From assembly GCA_038040445.1 (NCBI GenBank), contig JBBPIG010000007.1:74310-138309 (forward strand): a DNA stretch of 64,000 bases. Reading direction: 5' to 3'. Both the position numbers and the translations under genes were made by a program. Every line of letters begins with the position of its first letter. Position 1 is the first letter of the stretch. Under the pieces are notes generated by a model. It had not been told where the DNA came from and searched no databases. It saw only the letters and a list, made by a program, of their open reading frames with translations. Source of the stretch: Candidatus Onstottus frigus. Its GTDB lineage: Bacteria > Acidobacteriota > Blastocatellia > UBA7656. Positions 27,878 through 37,917 of the stretch are shown piece after piece.

Positions 27878-28857
27878 TCCGCCAGTCATCAGGTTCGACA
27901 GCACAATCTAGCGCTGCCTCTCGAAGTAGAGGCAGCGCTAGCGCGCTTTTGCCTGAAACTCGCATCGACAACACCTCGCGCGGAGGCGCCGCAAAGCAAC
28001 GACGGTTGATCGTCAACGCTGATGATTTCGGCATCTCCGCGGAAGTCAACGAAGCAGTCATTCGCGCGTTCAGGGAAGGCGTGCTGACCAGCACCAGCCT
28101 TATGGTGACCGGCGCCGCGTTCCAGCAGGCGGTCGACCTTGCGAAGGAGAATCCAGGTCTCGCAGTGGGGATTCACCTGGTCACGGTCGTGGGAAAAAGC
28201 GTGCTTCCGCATTCGGAGATTCCGGCGCTGGTCGATAAACAGGGGAACTTCTCAAACAACTCGACGCTGGCCGGGCTGAAGTACTATTTCTCCCGGCGGG
28301 CGCGCCGCGAGCTGAGAAAAGAAATCGCCGCGCAGTTCGAGAAGTTTCACTCGACGGGCTTGCCGCTTTCGCATATCGACGGACATCTTCATCTGCACGT
28401 GCATCCGGTGATCTTCAACGCCGCGCTCGAACTAGGCGCGAAATACGGCGCGCGGCGTATGCGAGTGCCCGCTGAAGAGCGGGAGCTCGCCCTTGCGTTT
28501 GATCGCACCAATGTTCTTCGGAAGACGATCCACGCGATGTTGTTTGGCGGGCTCGGGCGATACATGAAAAGGAACTTGCGCGCTAGCCGCTTCATCTTTC
28601 CGGAGCGGGTATATGGCAATCTTCAAAGCGGCAGAATGAGCGAGCAGTACTTTCTTTATGCGCTCGACAACCTTAGCGCCGAAACCAGTGAGATATATTT
28701 TCATGCGGCTGTTTATGCTGACGACAAACTGCTCAACGATGAGGAGCGTCAGTGTTCGATTGAGTTCGAAGCGCTGACGAGCAGAAAGGTAAAGGAAAAA
28801 GTGCACGAGCTTGGCATCAAGCTGACCAACTACTTTGAAACGGAAGCGACCCGATGA
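27874..28857 (+). CDS. hpnK: YdjC-like carbohydrate deacetylase, HpnK-like
   Basis: 'LIVNADDFGISAEVNEAVIRAFREGVLTSTSLMV...GIHL' is the YdjC/ChbG family signature. Start overlaps the hpnJ stop (ATGA). Confidence 0.7.
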   Translation: MIRQSSGSTAQSSAASRSRGSASALLPETRIDNTSRGGAAKQRRLIVNADDFGISAEVNEAVIRAFREGVLTSTSLMVTGAAFQQAVDLAKENPGLAVGIHLVTVVGKSVLPHSEIPALVDKQGNFSNNSTLAGLKYYFSRRARRELRKEIAAQFEKFHSTGLPLSHIDGHLHLHVHPVIFNAALELGAKYGARRMRVPAEERELALAFDRTNVLRKTIHAMLFGGLGRYMKRNLRASRFIFPERVYGNLQSGRMSEQYFLYALDNLSAETSEIYFHAAVYADDKLLNDEERQCSIEFEALTSRKVKEKVHELGIKLTNYFETEATR

Positions 28858-29297
28858 AGACAACTGCCGTGCTGATCACCGCAATCTTCGCGCAAGCCTT
28901 CGGCGATGTATGCCTGACCAAAGGAATGAAGGCGATAGCTTCGTTGGAGACGGGCGGCGGCGGTTTCTCCGAATCGCTCTCGCAAGTCTTGCATATCGCC
29001 CTTCAAGCAATGCAGAGCCCGCTGGTGTGGGTCGGCACGCTGCTGCTGATCGTGTTCTTCCTGCTGTTCTCGGCGGCGCTTTCGTGGGCGGATTTGAGTT
29101 TCGTGCTCCCGGCTACCGCGTTCGGCTACGTGTTGAACGTCGCGGCGGGTTATTACTTCTTAGGCGAATCAGTCTCAAACAGAAGATGGATGGGCGCCGT
29201 GATAATCACTCTAGGAGTTCTGTTCGTCTCGCGTTCCGGCGCTCGCGCGGCCGAAGCGCCAGGCGACCAGTTGCCAGCAGCAGGAGTTCTGGAATGA
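28854..29297 (+). CDS. Small 4-TM DMT/EamA-like membrane protein (first of a tandem pair)
   Basis: 147 aa; 'AIFAQAFGDVCLTKGMK' and hydrophobic profile resemble SMR/EamA half-transporters. Confidence 0.55.
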   Translation: MKTTAVLITAIFAQAFGDVCLTKGMKAIASLETGGGGFSESLSQVLHIALQAMQSPLVWVGTLLLIVFFLLFSAALSWADLSFVLPATAFGYVLNVAAGYYFLGESVSNRRWMGAVIITLGVLFVSRSGARAAEAPGDQLPAAGVLE

Positions 29298-29665
29298 TGA
29301 CCGCGGTGCTGATTGCGCTCGTCGTACTTGGCGGTTCGGCGGGCGATGTGCTCATAACGAAAGGCATGAAGCAACTGGGCGAGATTTCAACGCTTCATGC
29401 CGGAAAGCTGCTTCGCATTGCTTGGCGCGCAATCACGAATCGATACGTTCTGACCGGCGTGCTGTTCATGGCAATAAGCTACTTCTCGTTCCTTGGGGCG
29501 CTGAGGCTTGCCGATCTGAGCCTCGTGCTTCCCGCAACTTCGATCAGCTTCGTCATCACGACGATCGCAGCACGGCTCTTCCTAAGAGAGACGATCAGCG
29601 CGACACGTTGGGCCGGCATTCTGCTGGTCTGCATTGGCGTCGCGCTGATCTCGATACCTTCGTAG
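29294..29665 (+). CDS. Small 4-TM DMT/EamA-like membrane protein (second of the pair)
   Basis: Internal ATG 29294 overlapping the previous stop; 'MMTAVLIALVVLGGSAGDVLITKGMK...' parallels the upstream paralog. The long alternate-frame ORF 28835-29665 was rejected. Confidence 0.55.
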   Translation: MMTAVLIALVVLGGSAGDVLITKGMKQLGEISTLHAGKLLRIAWRAITNRYVLTGVLFMAISYFSFLGALRLADLSLVLPATSISFVITTIAARLFLRETISATRWAGILLVCIGVALISIPS

Positions 29666-29677
29666 CCCAGATAAACG

Positions 29678-30871
29678 TTGATACACGTTGCCTACATAGC
29701 GATCAAGGTCATCCTGGCCGGCTGCGCGCTGGCAGCCAACGTCTATTATCTATTGTCCATTGTCGCCGCGTTCAGATTCTTTTCAAGGCCCAGGCTGGAT
29801 GACAGCGTCAATTTTCTACCGGTGACGATAATGATTCCGCTGCACGGGGCCGATTTCAAAGCATACGAGAACTATGCCCGGTTCTGCCGCCAGGACTATG
29901 CCCAATATCAAATCGTATTCGGCGTGCGCGACTCGCGTGACTCTTCGGTGCCAATCGTTCAAGAGCTAATCGCAAATTTTCCTGATCGAGACATAGCCCT
30001 GGTCATCTCTGAAGAAACGATCGGGGAGAATCTTAAGGTGAGCAACCTTCACAACATGCTCGGGCACGTCAAGTACGAGCAAATTGTCATCGTCGACAGC
30101 GACATTCGAGTTAGCCGCGACTACCTGCGCAAGATTCTCGCGCCCCTTTCAGATGAGCGAGTCGGGCTGGTGACCTGTCTCTATCGCGCAGCGGAAACAC
30201 CTGACTTCGCATCGAAGCTCGAAGCGGTGGGAATATCGACGGAGTTCGCACCGGGTGTGCTGATGGCGTGGATGCTGGAAGGGGTGAAGTTCGCGCTGGG
30301 GTCTACGATGGCGACGACGCGGACGAGGCTTGAAGCGATCGGAGGATTTCGAGCGCTTGCTGACTACCTCGCCGATGATTTCATGCTTGGCAATCTGATC
30401 GCGAAGTCCGGCTATGAGGTTTGTCTTTCTGATCACGTCGTCGAAACGGCGATGCAGCCCGCCGGCTTCACGGGGATGATGCGGCATCAGGTGCGATGGG
30501 CTCGCTCGACTCGGATCTCGCGGCCGGCAGGCTATCTCGGCTTGATCTTGACTTACGGGACTGCGCTGGCGCTGTTGAACGTGGCGGTCGATAACGCGTC
30601 GAGGTTCAGCCTATTGCTGCTCGCCACGACGCTGGTGGTGCGCCTGACGATGGGTTGGATGATAGGGGTGCATTGGCTTGGCGATAAGATTCTGAAGAAG
30701 TATTTTTGGCTTGTGCCGGTGCGCGATCTGCTGAGTTTCGCGATCTGGTGCTCGAGCTGGGTCGGCAAGAGAGTTGAATGGCGCGGGCGGCTGTTCGAGG
30801 TCGCCCGCAACGGAAAGATGATTCAGGTTGGAAGAGAGGAAACCCACGCTACGCAAGTTCATTCTTCGTGA
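29678..30871 (+). CDS. hpnI: Family 2 glycosyltransferase, HpnI-like (ceramide glucosyltransferase-like)
   Basis: N-terminal TM, 'IMIPLHGAD' GT-A start, 'VIVDSDIRV' DxD-like motif, C-terminal TM bundle. Lies downstream of the hpnJ/hpnK-like genes. Confidence 0.65.
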   Translation: MIHVAYIAIKVILAGCALAANVYYLLSIVAAFRFFSRPRLDDSVNFLPVTIMIPLHGADFKAYENYARFCRQDYAQYQIVFGVRDSRDSSVPIVQELIANFPDRDIALVISEETIGENLKVSNLHNMLGHVKYEQIVIVDSDIRVSRDYLRKILAPLSDERVGLVTCLYRAAETPDFASKLEAVGISTEFAPGVLMAWMLEGVKFALGSTMATTRTRLEAIGGFRALADYLADDFMLGNLIAKSGYEVCLSDHVVETAMQPAGFTGMMRHQVRWARSTRISRPAGYLGLILTYGTALALLNVAVDNASRFSLLLLATTLVVRLTMGWMIGVHWLGDKILKKYFWLVPVRDLLSFAIWCSSWVGKRVEWRGRLFEVARNGKMIQVGREETHATQVHSS

Positions 30872-30975
30872 CGCGTCTCCAATAGACAGCAACACAAGAA
30901 TGGGACACTACCACTCTTGACCGAGCACAATCGTCCGGCTACACTCGATCTGGCCTTCAGTACGTAAGTCGCTAG

Positions 30976-31149
30976 AGGAGCGCCGATGCGCAAAGAAGCA
31001 GAGGTGAAGAAAATCAACCTGAGACCGTCGCTGCGTCCCAGACGCGAGATCACATCGCGCAAGGAGGAACTGCAGCGGTTTCGGAGCATCGAGGAGTGGA
31101 GGCGCGCCCACTTTGAAGAGTTCAAGAAAACCCACCCCAAGGTCCGCAA
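30976..31149 (+). CDS. Possible small basic protein (57 aa), not in the ORF track
   Basis: ATG preceded by GAGGAG RBS; 'MRKEAEVKKINLRPSLRPRREITSRKEELQRFRSIEEWRRAHFEEFKKTHPKVRNPH'. No homology recognised. Confidence 0.3.
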
Positions 31150-31353
31150 TCCGCATTGAGTGCTACGTTCCAGAACGCCTTGACCAGGATGCTTACAACA
31201 TAGCCTTCGACTGGCTGTCTTCATCATCGAGTGAAGATAGAGTCTGGATGGATGGCGATTTTCACCTTGGTTAGTGCCGCGTTTCCTTCTGCCTGGAACC
31301 CCAATGTTGGTTTGTACTCCAAGAATGCATTAACCGAGAAGAGCCAAACGCGA

Positions 31354-32424
31354 TTATGCTGTGGCCTGATGACGGGCCGCGAGCTGACCGCATGCAGCCG
31401 AGATGTCTTGGCCTCGCGGACGACGGATGAACGAAGGCAAGCCGGCATCGGTCAGGATCTTCTGAAAAGCGAGTATTCGATCCATCGGCGAGGAGGCATA
31501 AGGAAGTTCCGGCGCCGGATTGTGCGGAATCAAATTCACCTTCGCTCGAATGCCCGACAGCAACCGCACGAGCTCGCGGGCTTGTTGATCGTTGTCGTTT
31601 ATTCCATCCAGCATCACGTATTCGAATGTCAGTCGCTCGCGCTCGCTCAATGGATAACGGCGGCACGATTCGATCAACTCACTCAGCGGGTACTTGCGAT
31701 TGATCGGAAACAAACGGTCGCGAATCTCGTCGTTGGGCGCCGTCAACGAAATAGCCAACCTCGGCCTGACTTCTTCCTTTGCAAGATCGTGGATTCGCGG
31801 AACTATTCCGGCCGTTGAAAGAGTCACGTAACGGGGCGCGATCGCCAGGCCTTCCTGGGCGGCGAGCAAGCGCACAGCTCTGATCACCTGGTCGTAGTTC
31901 AGCAGTGGCTCGCCCATTCCCATCATCACTATGTTCGTGCGGTGCGGCACCGCGACTCCTTTGCCATAGACCTGATTCAGGACGATGATCACCTGGGAGA
32001 CCATTTCGCCAGCCGTCATATTGCGCTTCAGTCCGAGAACACCGGTCATGCAAAAGCCGCAAGCAAGCGGGCAGCCGACCTGACTCGAAATGCAGATCGT
32101 GTCACGGCGCTCTTCGGGCATGAACACCGACTCGACTTCAGATCCATCGACGAGCCTTAAAAGGAATCGGCGCGTTCCGTCTGACGATAGAAACACGCTT
32201 TCGATTTGCATGTTGGTAACGACCGCCGCCTCTCCCAGAATGCGCCGGAGAGTCTTGGGCAGATCGGTCATTGAATCCACGTTCGTAATTCGGCGACGGT
32301 AGATCGCGTCGTGAAGCTGCCGCGCGCGATAGGGTTTCTCGCCGAGCGCAACCATGAATTCGCGCAACCCGTCCTGGGTGAGACCAATCAACTCGGTTTG
32401 TGTGTCTTTTGTGACGCCGCTCAT
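31354..32424 (-). CDS. rlmN: 23S rRNA (A2503-C2)/tRNA methyltransferase RlmN (radical SAM)
   Basis: 'CISSQVGCPLACGFCMTG' is the radical SAM CxxxCxxC motif; 'MGMGEPLLN' and 'KVNLIPHNP' are RlmN/Cfr hallmarks. Confidence 0.9.
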   Translation of the reverse strand: MSGVTKDTQTELIGLTQDGLREFMVALGEKPYRARQLHDAIYRRRITNVDSMTDLPKTLRRILGEAAVVTNMQIESVFLSSDGTRRFLLRLVDGSEVESVFMPEERRDTICISSQVGCPLACGFCMTGVLGLKRNMTAGEMVSQVIIVLNQVYGKGVAVPHRTNIVMMGMGEPLLNYDQVIRAVRLLAAQEGLAIAPRYVTLSTAGIVPRIHDLAKEEVRPRLAISLTAPNDEIRDRLFPINRKYPLSELIESCRRYPLSERERLTFEYVMLDGINDNDQQARELVRLLSGIRAKVNLIPHNPAPELPYASSPMDRILAFQKILTDAGLPSFIRRPRGQDISAACGQLAARHQATA

Positions 32425-32730
32425 CGAAGGGATTATATGAACCCGCGCCTCGGATCAGCAAGAAGCTCATCTGCGAGACTGGGACATGTGAATATCTCTA
32501 ACTCGGCATGCTATGCTGAGTTAGTTCAGACGATCCACCTCGGCTCCCTGAAAAACAGACCGTTTTTCGACGGCTGCTTTGCGGCCTAACCGCTGTCTTA
32601 CGAGTGGCCGATGAGTGTAACCCATAAGGTTCATCAGTGTACTAAACGGGGCCTGTATTTGTGCGCGCAAAGGACGAACCCTTATCATGCATACATTTAC
32701 GGCGTGGTATGCCATTTGCCAACCTCTTTG

Positions 32731-32826
32731 TGGATCGATGCAATCGTGGATCGATGCAATCGTGGATCGATGCAATCGTGGATCGATGCAATCGTGGATC
32801 GATGCAATCATGGAATCGATCAGGGA
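32731..32826. repeat. Tandem repeat, 16-mer 'tggatcgatgcaatcg' x ~6
   Basis: Contiguous perfect copies from 32731 with a final variant copy. Sits immediately upstream of the Q-rich secreted protein gene. Confidence 0.85.
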
Positions 32827-32833
32827 GGTTACT

Positions 32834-33883
32834 ATGACAGTCAATTCATTTAGGCAAATGACGATCGCATCTGTTATTGGCGCGGCGTTACTCCTGGGGA
32901 CAAGCGTCCAAGCGAGTGCGCAGCAAACCGATGAGCAGCGCCGACAACAGAAGGCTGAACGGAAACAACAACAACAGCAGCAGGCTCAGCAGCAGCAGAG
33001 CCAACAGCAACAACAGAAGGCTGCGCGAAAACAGCAGAACCAGACCCAGGCGCAGCAAGCGCAACAGCAGCAAGCGCAACAACAGCAGCAGCGCCAGGCC
33101 GCAAGAACTCAAAGGCAGCAGACACAGGCCCAGCAGGAGCAGGTTCTTCAGCAGCAGCGCCAGCAACAGAAGGCTGCACGGCAAGTACAGAACCAGGCCG
33201 AAGCGCAGCGTCAGCAGCAGCTAGAACAGCAACGTCAACAGCAGCTTCAACAACGGAGCGGTCAAGTCCAGCGCGGGACACGCCAGCAACAATCGCCGCA
33301 ATTGGCGCAGGAGCGACAGCGTCGCGACGAACTAGGCCAGCGGCAGCGGCTGGATCAGTATCGGCAGCAACAGATTCAGCAGCAACGCCTCGATTCGCAG
33401 CGTCGGCAGATACTCGAGCGGGAACGCCGGGTTGCGCAGTTGCGTTATCAGCAGCGCTATTTCGATCGTCTGCGTCAGGATCAGGCCCGGCTGCAAAGCT
33501 GGAGCTACACCTACGCGCCTACACAGTATCGCTACAATCGCGGTGGCAGATACTACGAGGTAAATAACTATGGCGCAGACATGCTTCGGCAGGCTGTGAG
33601 GTACGGCTATGAGGAGGGCGTCCGCGCTGGCCAATCTGATCGAGAGGATCGTTGGCGCAACAACTATCAGGAGAGCTTCGCGTATCAGGACGCAACCGCC
33701 GGTTATAACGGGTACTATGTTGATCTACCCGAGTACCGCCACTACTTCCGCGAGGGTTTCCGGCGCGGCTACGAGGACGGCTTCAACGGCCGGTTCCGCT
33801 ACGGCAGCAACTCGAACGGAGTGTTTAGCTTGCTAGGCAACGTTCTGCAGGGAATCCTTAATCTGCAGACCTACAACTACTAG
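32834..33883 (+). CDS. Secreted glutamine-rich low-complexity protein with Tyr/Arg-rich C-terminal domain
   Basis: GGGAGG RBS. Signal peptide 'MTVNSFRQMTIASVIGAALLLGTSVQASA'. ~250 aa of Q/R/A repeats (QQQ..QKAARKQQ). C-terminal 'YRYNRGGRYYEVNNYG...GFRRGYEDGFNGRFRYG'. Confidence 0.6.
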   Translation: MTVNSFRQMTIASVIGAALLLGTSVQASAQQTDEQRRQQKAERKQQQQQQAQQQQSQQQQQKAARKQQNQTQAQQAQQQQAQQQQQRQAARTQRQQTQAQQEQVLQQQRQQQKAARQVQNQAEAQRQQQLEQQRQQQLQQRSGQVQRGTRQQQSPQLAQERQRRDELGQRQRLDQYRQQQIQQQRLDSQRRQILERERRVAQLRYQQRYFDRLRQDQARLQSWSYTYAPTQYRYNRGGRYYEVNNYGADMLRQAVRYGYEEGVRAGQSDREDRWRNNYQESFAYQDATAGYNGYYVDLPEYRHYFREGFRRGYEDGFNGRFRYGSNSNGVFSLLGNVLQGILNLQTYNY

Positions 33884-33909
33884 TCTGCGATAGTGCAGAC
33901 GTAAAGAGA

Positions 33910-33955
33910 GACGCCCGGCTCCGCTGATGGCAGCGAAGCCGGGCGTTTGTTTTTC
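33910..33955 (+). terminator. Rho-independent terminator
   Basis: 'acgcccggct...agccgggcgt' GC-rich stem followed by 'ttgttttt'. Confidence 0.7.
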
Positions 33956-34116
33956 AACGGCCGGTCACCGAGAACCATTCCCCGCTGACCTCGACTCTGT
34001 CGGGTGTGAGATTCCCAACCGACAGGTTGCGGCTGACCGCGAGGCCGCCCCACGAGGGTATCGCTGACGGTTTCGAAGCGGCTGTTGGCTACAAATCCAG
34101 TTCGGGTTGCGAACGA

Positions 34117-35472
34117 TTATCGAGTCCACCTGCCGCTTGGGATTCTGACCGGACCTGCGTGGAAAAACTTCTCAGGCATCATCACGCCGTCCTTCTTGAA
34201 CACCATTCCGTTCTTCATGACGAACTGCACGTTGCGCAACGCGTCGATGTCGCTGAGCGGGTCGCCCGCGACCGCGATCAGATCGGCGAAGAAGCCCGCT
34301 TTGATCGGACCGCGCTCCTTGATGATATCCGCCGCCTTGTAGCCGTTGATCGTCATCGCACGGAGGGTGTCCGCCGGGGGAATGCCGGCTGCTTTCCACG
34401 TCTCGATGAAGGCGATCGTCAGGTCACCGCGGCTCAACCAGTCGCCTGTCTTCTCGTCCTTCATACGCTCGTTCCAGTAGTCGAGGTCCGTCGAGAAGGT
34501 CAACGGCACTTTTTTCTCCCACGCGTCGCGCAGCTTGGCGACCACTTGTTTGAAGGCCGCCTCACTGCCCCGGTACTTTGTGAACGGCGTGTCGGTCCCC
34601 GCGAGGAAGATTCCCTTTTCGGCCATCTGCCGATGATGATCGGGCGTAAGCGCATTGCCGTGCGCGATGATGTAGATGCCGGCATCAATCGCGCGCTGCG
34701 CTCCCTCGGCTGTCTGAACGTGCCCTTCAACTTTGCAGCCGCCCTTCGCGGCCTCGCTGATGGCCAGCTTGATGTCCTCGACCGAGTAACCCCAGGGCTT
34801 GCAGTCGATGCACAGCTTGATCGCCCGGGCGCCGAACAGCATGTTCTCACGGATCGCGCGGACGATCTCGTCTGGGCTGTTCGCGTCGATGTATTCAGGA
34901 AAGACGATGTTGTGCTGCTTGTACATTTCCGGCGTCGGCCAGAACTGCCCGCCGGTGCTGCCGATGATAATTCCCGAGGGGATTATTGTCGGCCCCGGCA
35001 GCCAGCCTTGCTCGATCGCCTGTCGCAGCGCGGTATCCGCATAAAGCCCGTTGTTTCCCACGTCTCGAATGACGGTGAAGCCCGAGTTGAGAAGTTGAAT
35101 GCCGTTCGAGGCGGCTTGAATCGCGCGCAACGCCGTCGAGTCCATGACGTAGGTGAGGTAGTAGTAGTTGTTCTCGGGCTGATCCTTGTAAGTCATGGCC
35201 ATATGCGTGTGCGCATCGACCAGACCTGGAAGCACCGTGAGTTTTCCGAGATCGATGATCGTCGCGCCGGCGGGAATGGCGAGGTTGGGACCGACGGCGG
35301 TAATCTTCTCTCCCTGAATCAAGATCACCTGGTTAGCAGCGACTGTCCCGGTTTCAGGATCAATCAAACGTCCGGCCTTGATCGCGGTAATCGGCGCGGG
35401 CTGCGACTGCGCGGCCGCCTCAGCCAGTGGCATCGCCAAGATCAGACAGAATGCGGCTAGTCTCATTCTCAT
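34117..35472 (-). CDS. Secreted amidohydrolase-family metal-dependent hydrolase
   Basis: Signal peptide. 'LPGLVDAHTHMAM' is the H-x-H metal-binding motif of the amidohydrolase superfamily; later conserved His and Asp residues. Confidence 0.8.
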   Translation of the reverse strand: MRMRLAAFCLILAMPLAEAAAQSQPAPITAIKAGRLIDPETGTVAANQVILIQGEKITAVGPNLAIPAGATIIDLGKLTVLPGLVDAHTHMAMTYKDQPENNYYYLTYVMDSTALRAIQAASNGIQLLNSGFTVIRDVGNNGLYADTALRQAIEQGWLPGPTIIPSGIIIGSTGGQFWPTPEMYKQHNIVFPEYIDANSPDEIVRAIRENMLFGARAIKLCIDCKPWGYSVEDIKLAISEAAKGGCKVEGHVQTAEGAQRAIDAGIYIIAHGNALTPDHHRQMAEKGIFLAGTDTPFTKYRGSEAAFKQVVAKLRDAWEKKVPLTFSTDLDYWNERMKDEKTGDWLSRGDLTIAFIETWKAAGIPPADTLRAMTINGYKAADIIKERGPIKAGFFADLIAVAGDPLSDIDALRNVQFVMKNGMVFKKDGVMMPEKFFHAGPVRIPSGRWTR

Positions 35473-35821
35473 GATTTGCTCCTCGAGTCAGGGTTAAGAA
35501 CTGGGTTATTCACGCAACGCCAGCCTTGTGCGCTGAATCGCGCTCGGCGCGATCATCGCGAGTTCAAGCGGACGTCTCTGCGGCAGTTGCCAAGCCACAC
35601 CTTACTGGAACCGGCAGGAGTTGCTCAAGCACAGGGCAAGGCTCATTCACGACATTACGCTTGACAGACAACCGTAAATCAAAATAGGTTCACCATTCGC
35701 TCGAAGGATTCCAGCAGCCGCGCCCTGGGGAAAAGGGTATCGAACGAGTGGCTGTCACATCCGTTATCTCAAGCTTCGCCAGAAGACGGCGAGCAACCGA
35801 CCCCACAAGGAGAGTGCTGAG

Positions 35822-36373
35822 ATGGTAAATCTGACTGAGTTGTGGCTCCCGATCCTGTTGTCAGCGGTTGTCGTGTTCATCGCCAGTTCCATCCTTCATA
35901 TGGCTCTGCGATACCACAAGAACGATTACTCGAAGCTGCCCAACGAGGACAAGGTGCTCGAATGCCTGCGCAATGAGGGTGTGGGTCCTGGCAACTACAT
36001 GTTTCCTCACTCTACGAAGATGAGCGACCCTGAGACCATCGAGAAGCAAAAGAAAGGACCAGTCGGGACGATCAACGTGATATCAAGCGGCCCGCCCGCC
36101 ATGAGTAAGTACCTGCTACTGTGGTTCATTTACTGCGTAGTGATCAGCATTTTCGTTGCGTACCTCGCCGGGAGCACACTCGCCCCGAAAGCGGAATACC
36201 TGAGAGTCTTTCGTGTGGCCGGGTGCGTGGCCTTTCTGAGCTATGCCGCCGGGCAGGCACAGGAATCGATCTGGAAGGGTCAGCGCTGGAGCACGACGAT
36301 TAAGCAGATGTTCGACGGGCTGATTTACGGGCTGCTGACGGCAGGCGTTTTCGGCTGGCTCTGGCCTCGGTAG
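35822..36373 (+). CDS. Hypothetical membrane protein (4 TM)
   Basis: 183 aa with hydrophobic segments; no motif recognised. Confidence 0.45.
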   Translation: MVNLTELWLPILLSAVVVFIASSILHMALRYHKNDYSKLPNEDKVLECLRNEGVGPGNYMFPHSTKMSDPETIEKQKKGPVGTINVISSGPPAMSKYLLLWFIYCVVISIFVAYLAGSTLAPKAEYLRVFRVAGCVAFLSYAAGQAQESIWKGQRWSTTIKQMFDGLIYGLLTAGVFGWLWPR

Positions 36374-36418
36374 AGCCAGCCAGGTCGTCGTCCTTGGGTC
36401 GGTCTCAGGAAATCGCAT

Positions 36419-37723
36419 CTATGCCGCTCTGAGCGTTATGTGAGTGATCTCGGGTGGCGCATTGATCCTGATAGGCGGTCCCGTTGTCCCGAGCCCGCGG
36501 TTCACGTAAAGGTGCGAGTCGCCGATCTTGAACAGACCCGCTAGAAACATCGTCGAAAAGCGAGCCGGAGCGATGATCAGGTCTCCGATGGTCAGCGCTA
36601 TCTGACCTCCGTGTGTGTGGCCCGACAGCGTTAAGTCTATTCCAAACTTGGCGGCTAGAGGGAACAACTGCGGAGCGTGCTGAAGCAGAATCGTCGTGCC
36701 TTCCAACGACAGCTCGCTTAGAACATGATTGAGCGTGCTGGCGGTCGCTCTCGATGCGAACAGATAATCCACTCCGATGATATTTAGCTTTGCCCCGCCG
36801 ATGTCGATGATCTCGCTTTTGTTTCTCAGCAGCTTGAAGCCGGCTCTCGTGAAGCGGCGCGCGAGCGCTTCCTCCGAGCGAGTGAACATGTCGTGATTGC
36901 CCAGACATGCGAACACACCGTACTTTGCCTCGAGCAATGTCATCGCGTTCATGAAGGGCTCAACCTGATCGCTGTGAGTAGCAACGAAGTCACCAGTCAA
37001 CGCGATAACGTCGGGCTTGAGGCTGCTGGCGATGCGGGCGTACTCAGCCATCTGCGACTCTCGCATGAACATCCCCGAGTGAATGTCGCTGAGTTGAACG
37101 ATAGTTAGCCCGTCGAGTTGAGGCGGAAGACCGGAGATCGGAACAAAGACTTTTTCAACAACCTTACGAGTGCGCGCTGCAACCGCGCCATAAGCCGCGA
37201 TTGCAAACGGCATCGCGGCAATCGCGGTCAACGCCATCTGCAAGAACCGGCGGCGCGAAAGATCGAACACCTCCACCGTTACCCCTTCTTCCCTGGGATC
37301 GCTCTTCTTACGCCTGAAGAACTGGACGCCGGCAAAACAAGCCATCGCTATCGGAGCCGCCGCCGCAAAGAACAACGAACCGATTGTCCATACGAAGAAC
37401 GTGTAAGCAAAAGGGCGAATCGTCGACTCGTATGCTGACGGCGGGGCATACAGGAGCAACCTGCGCGGAGTGACCAGTCCTTCGACAATGAAGAATACAA
37501 GAGGCACGTTCACGATCACCAAGAGAGCGACAGCGGCTGCGATCAGACTCTTTTCCTTCCTCGGGATTAGCTGCATCGACCGTATGATTCGCAGCATCGC
37601 CCGAAGCACATAAAGCTGGACCGCGACGAGCAGCAGCGCAAACACGGTACGCGCTCCGATAAGCAACAACGTTTGATCGGCGAGCGCTAAGAGTTGGGTG
37701 ATTGCCGTGTGCAGATGGTTCAA
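36419..37723 (-). CDS. Membrane-anchored metallophosphoesterase (YkuE-like)
   Basis: N-terminal TM helices followed by 'IVQLSDIHSG', 'ALTGDFV', 'LGNHDM' and 'SGHTHGGQI' calcineurin-like motifs. Confidence 0.75.
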   Translation of the reverse strand: MNHLHTAITQLLALADQTLLLIGARTVFALLLVAVQLYVLRAMLRIIRSMQLIPRKEKSLIAAAVALLVIVNVPLVFFIVEGLVTPRRLLLYAPPSAYESTIRPFAYTFFVWTIGSLFFAAAAPIAMACFAGVQFFRRKKSDPREEGVTVEVFDLSRRRFLQMALTAIAAMPFAIAAYGAVAARTRKVVEKVFVPISGLPPQLDGLTIVQLSDIHSGMFMRESQMAEYARIASSLKPDVIALTGDFVATHSDQVEPFMNAMTLLEAKYGVFACLGNHDMFTRSEEALARRFTRAGFKLLRNKSEIIDIGGAKLNIIGVDYLFASRATASTLNHVLSELSLEGTTILLQHAPQLFPLAAKFGIDLTLSGHTHGGQIALTIGDLIIAPARFSTMFLAGLFKIGDSHLYVNRGLGTTGPPIRINAPPEITHITLRAA

Positions 37724-37917
37724 CGGGTACCTCTTGGGGGCGACTCCTTTGGTTTATGATACAGGCTGCGCTGCGCGCTTGAAAGTTAGAGTCGACTTGC
37801 CGTCGCGCGCGCGTGACATTGCTGTTTATCGACCGGCTTGGCCCACCGGTCGGTGCGTGTCCCCGCCTGTGCAAAGTGCGTGTCGAGCTGTGTTAGAATT
37901 GGTGCCACTAAGGAAGC

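Noticed and set aside
28835-29665. 276-aa ORF spanning both small DMT genes in another frame
   Set aside because: The translation is Arg/Ala-rich and non-membrane, whereas the two shorter frames give clean 4-TM SMR-like proteins with translational coupling to hpnK.
32731-32826. Tandem 16-mer repeats considered as a possible CRISPR array
   Set aside because: The repeats are contiguous with no spacers, too short, and no cas genes lie nearby.
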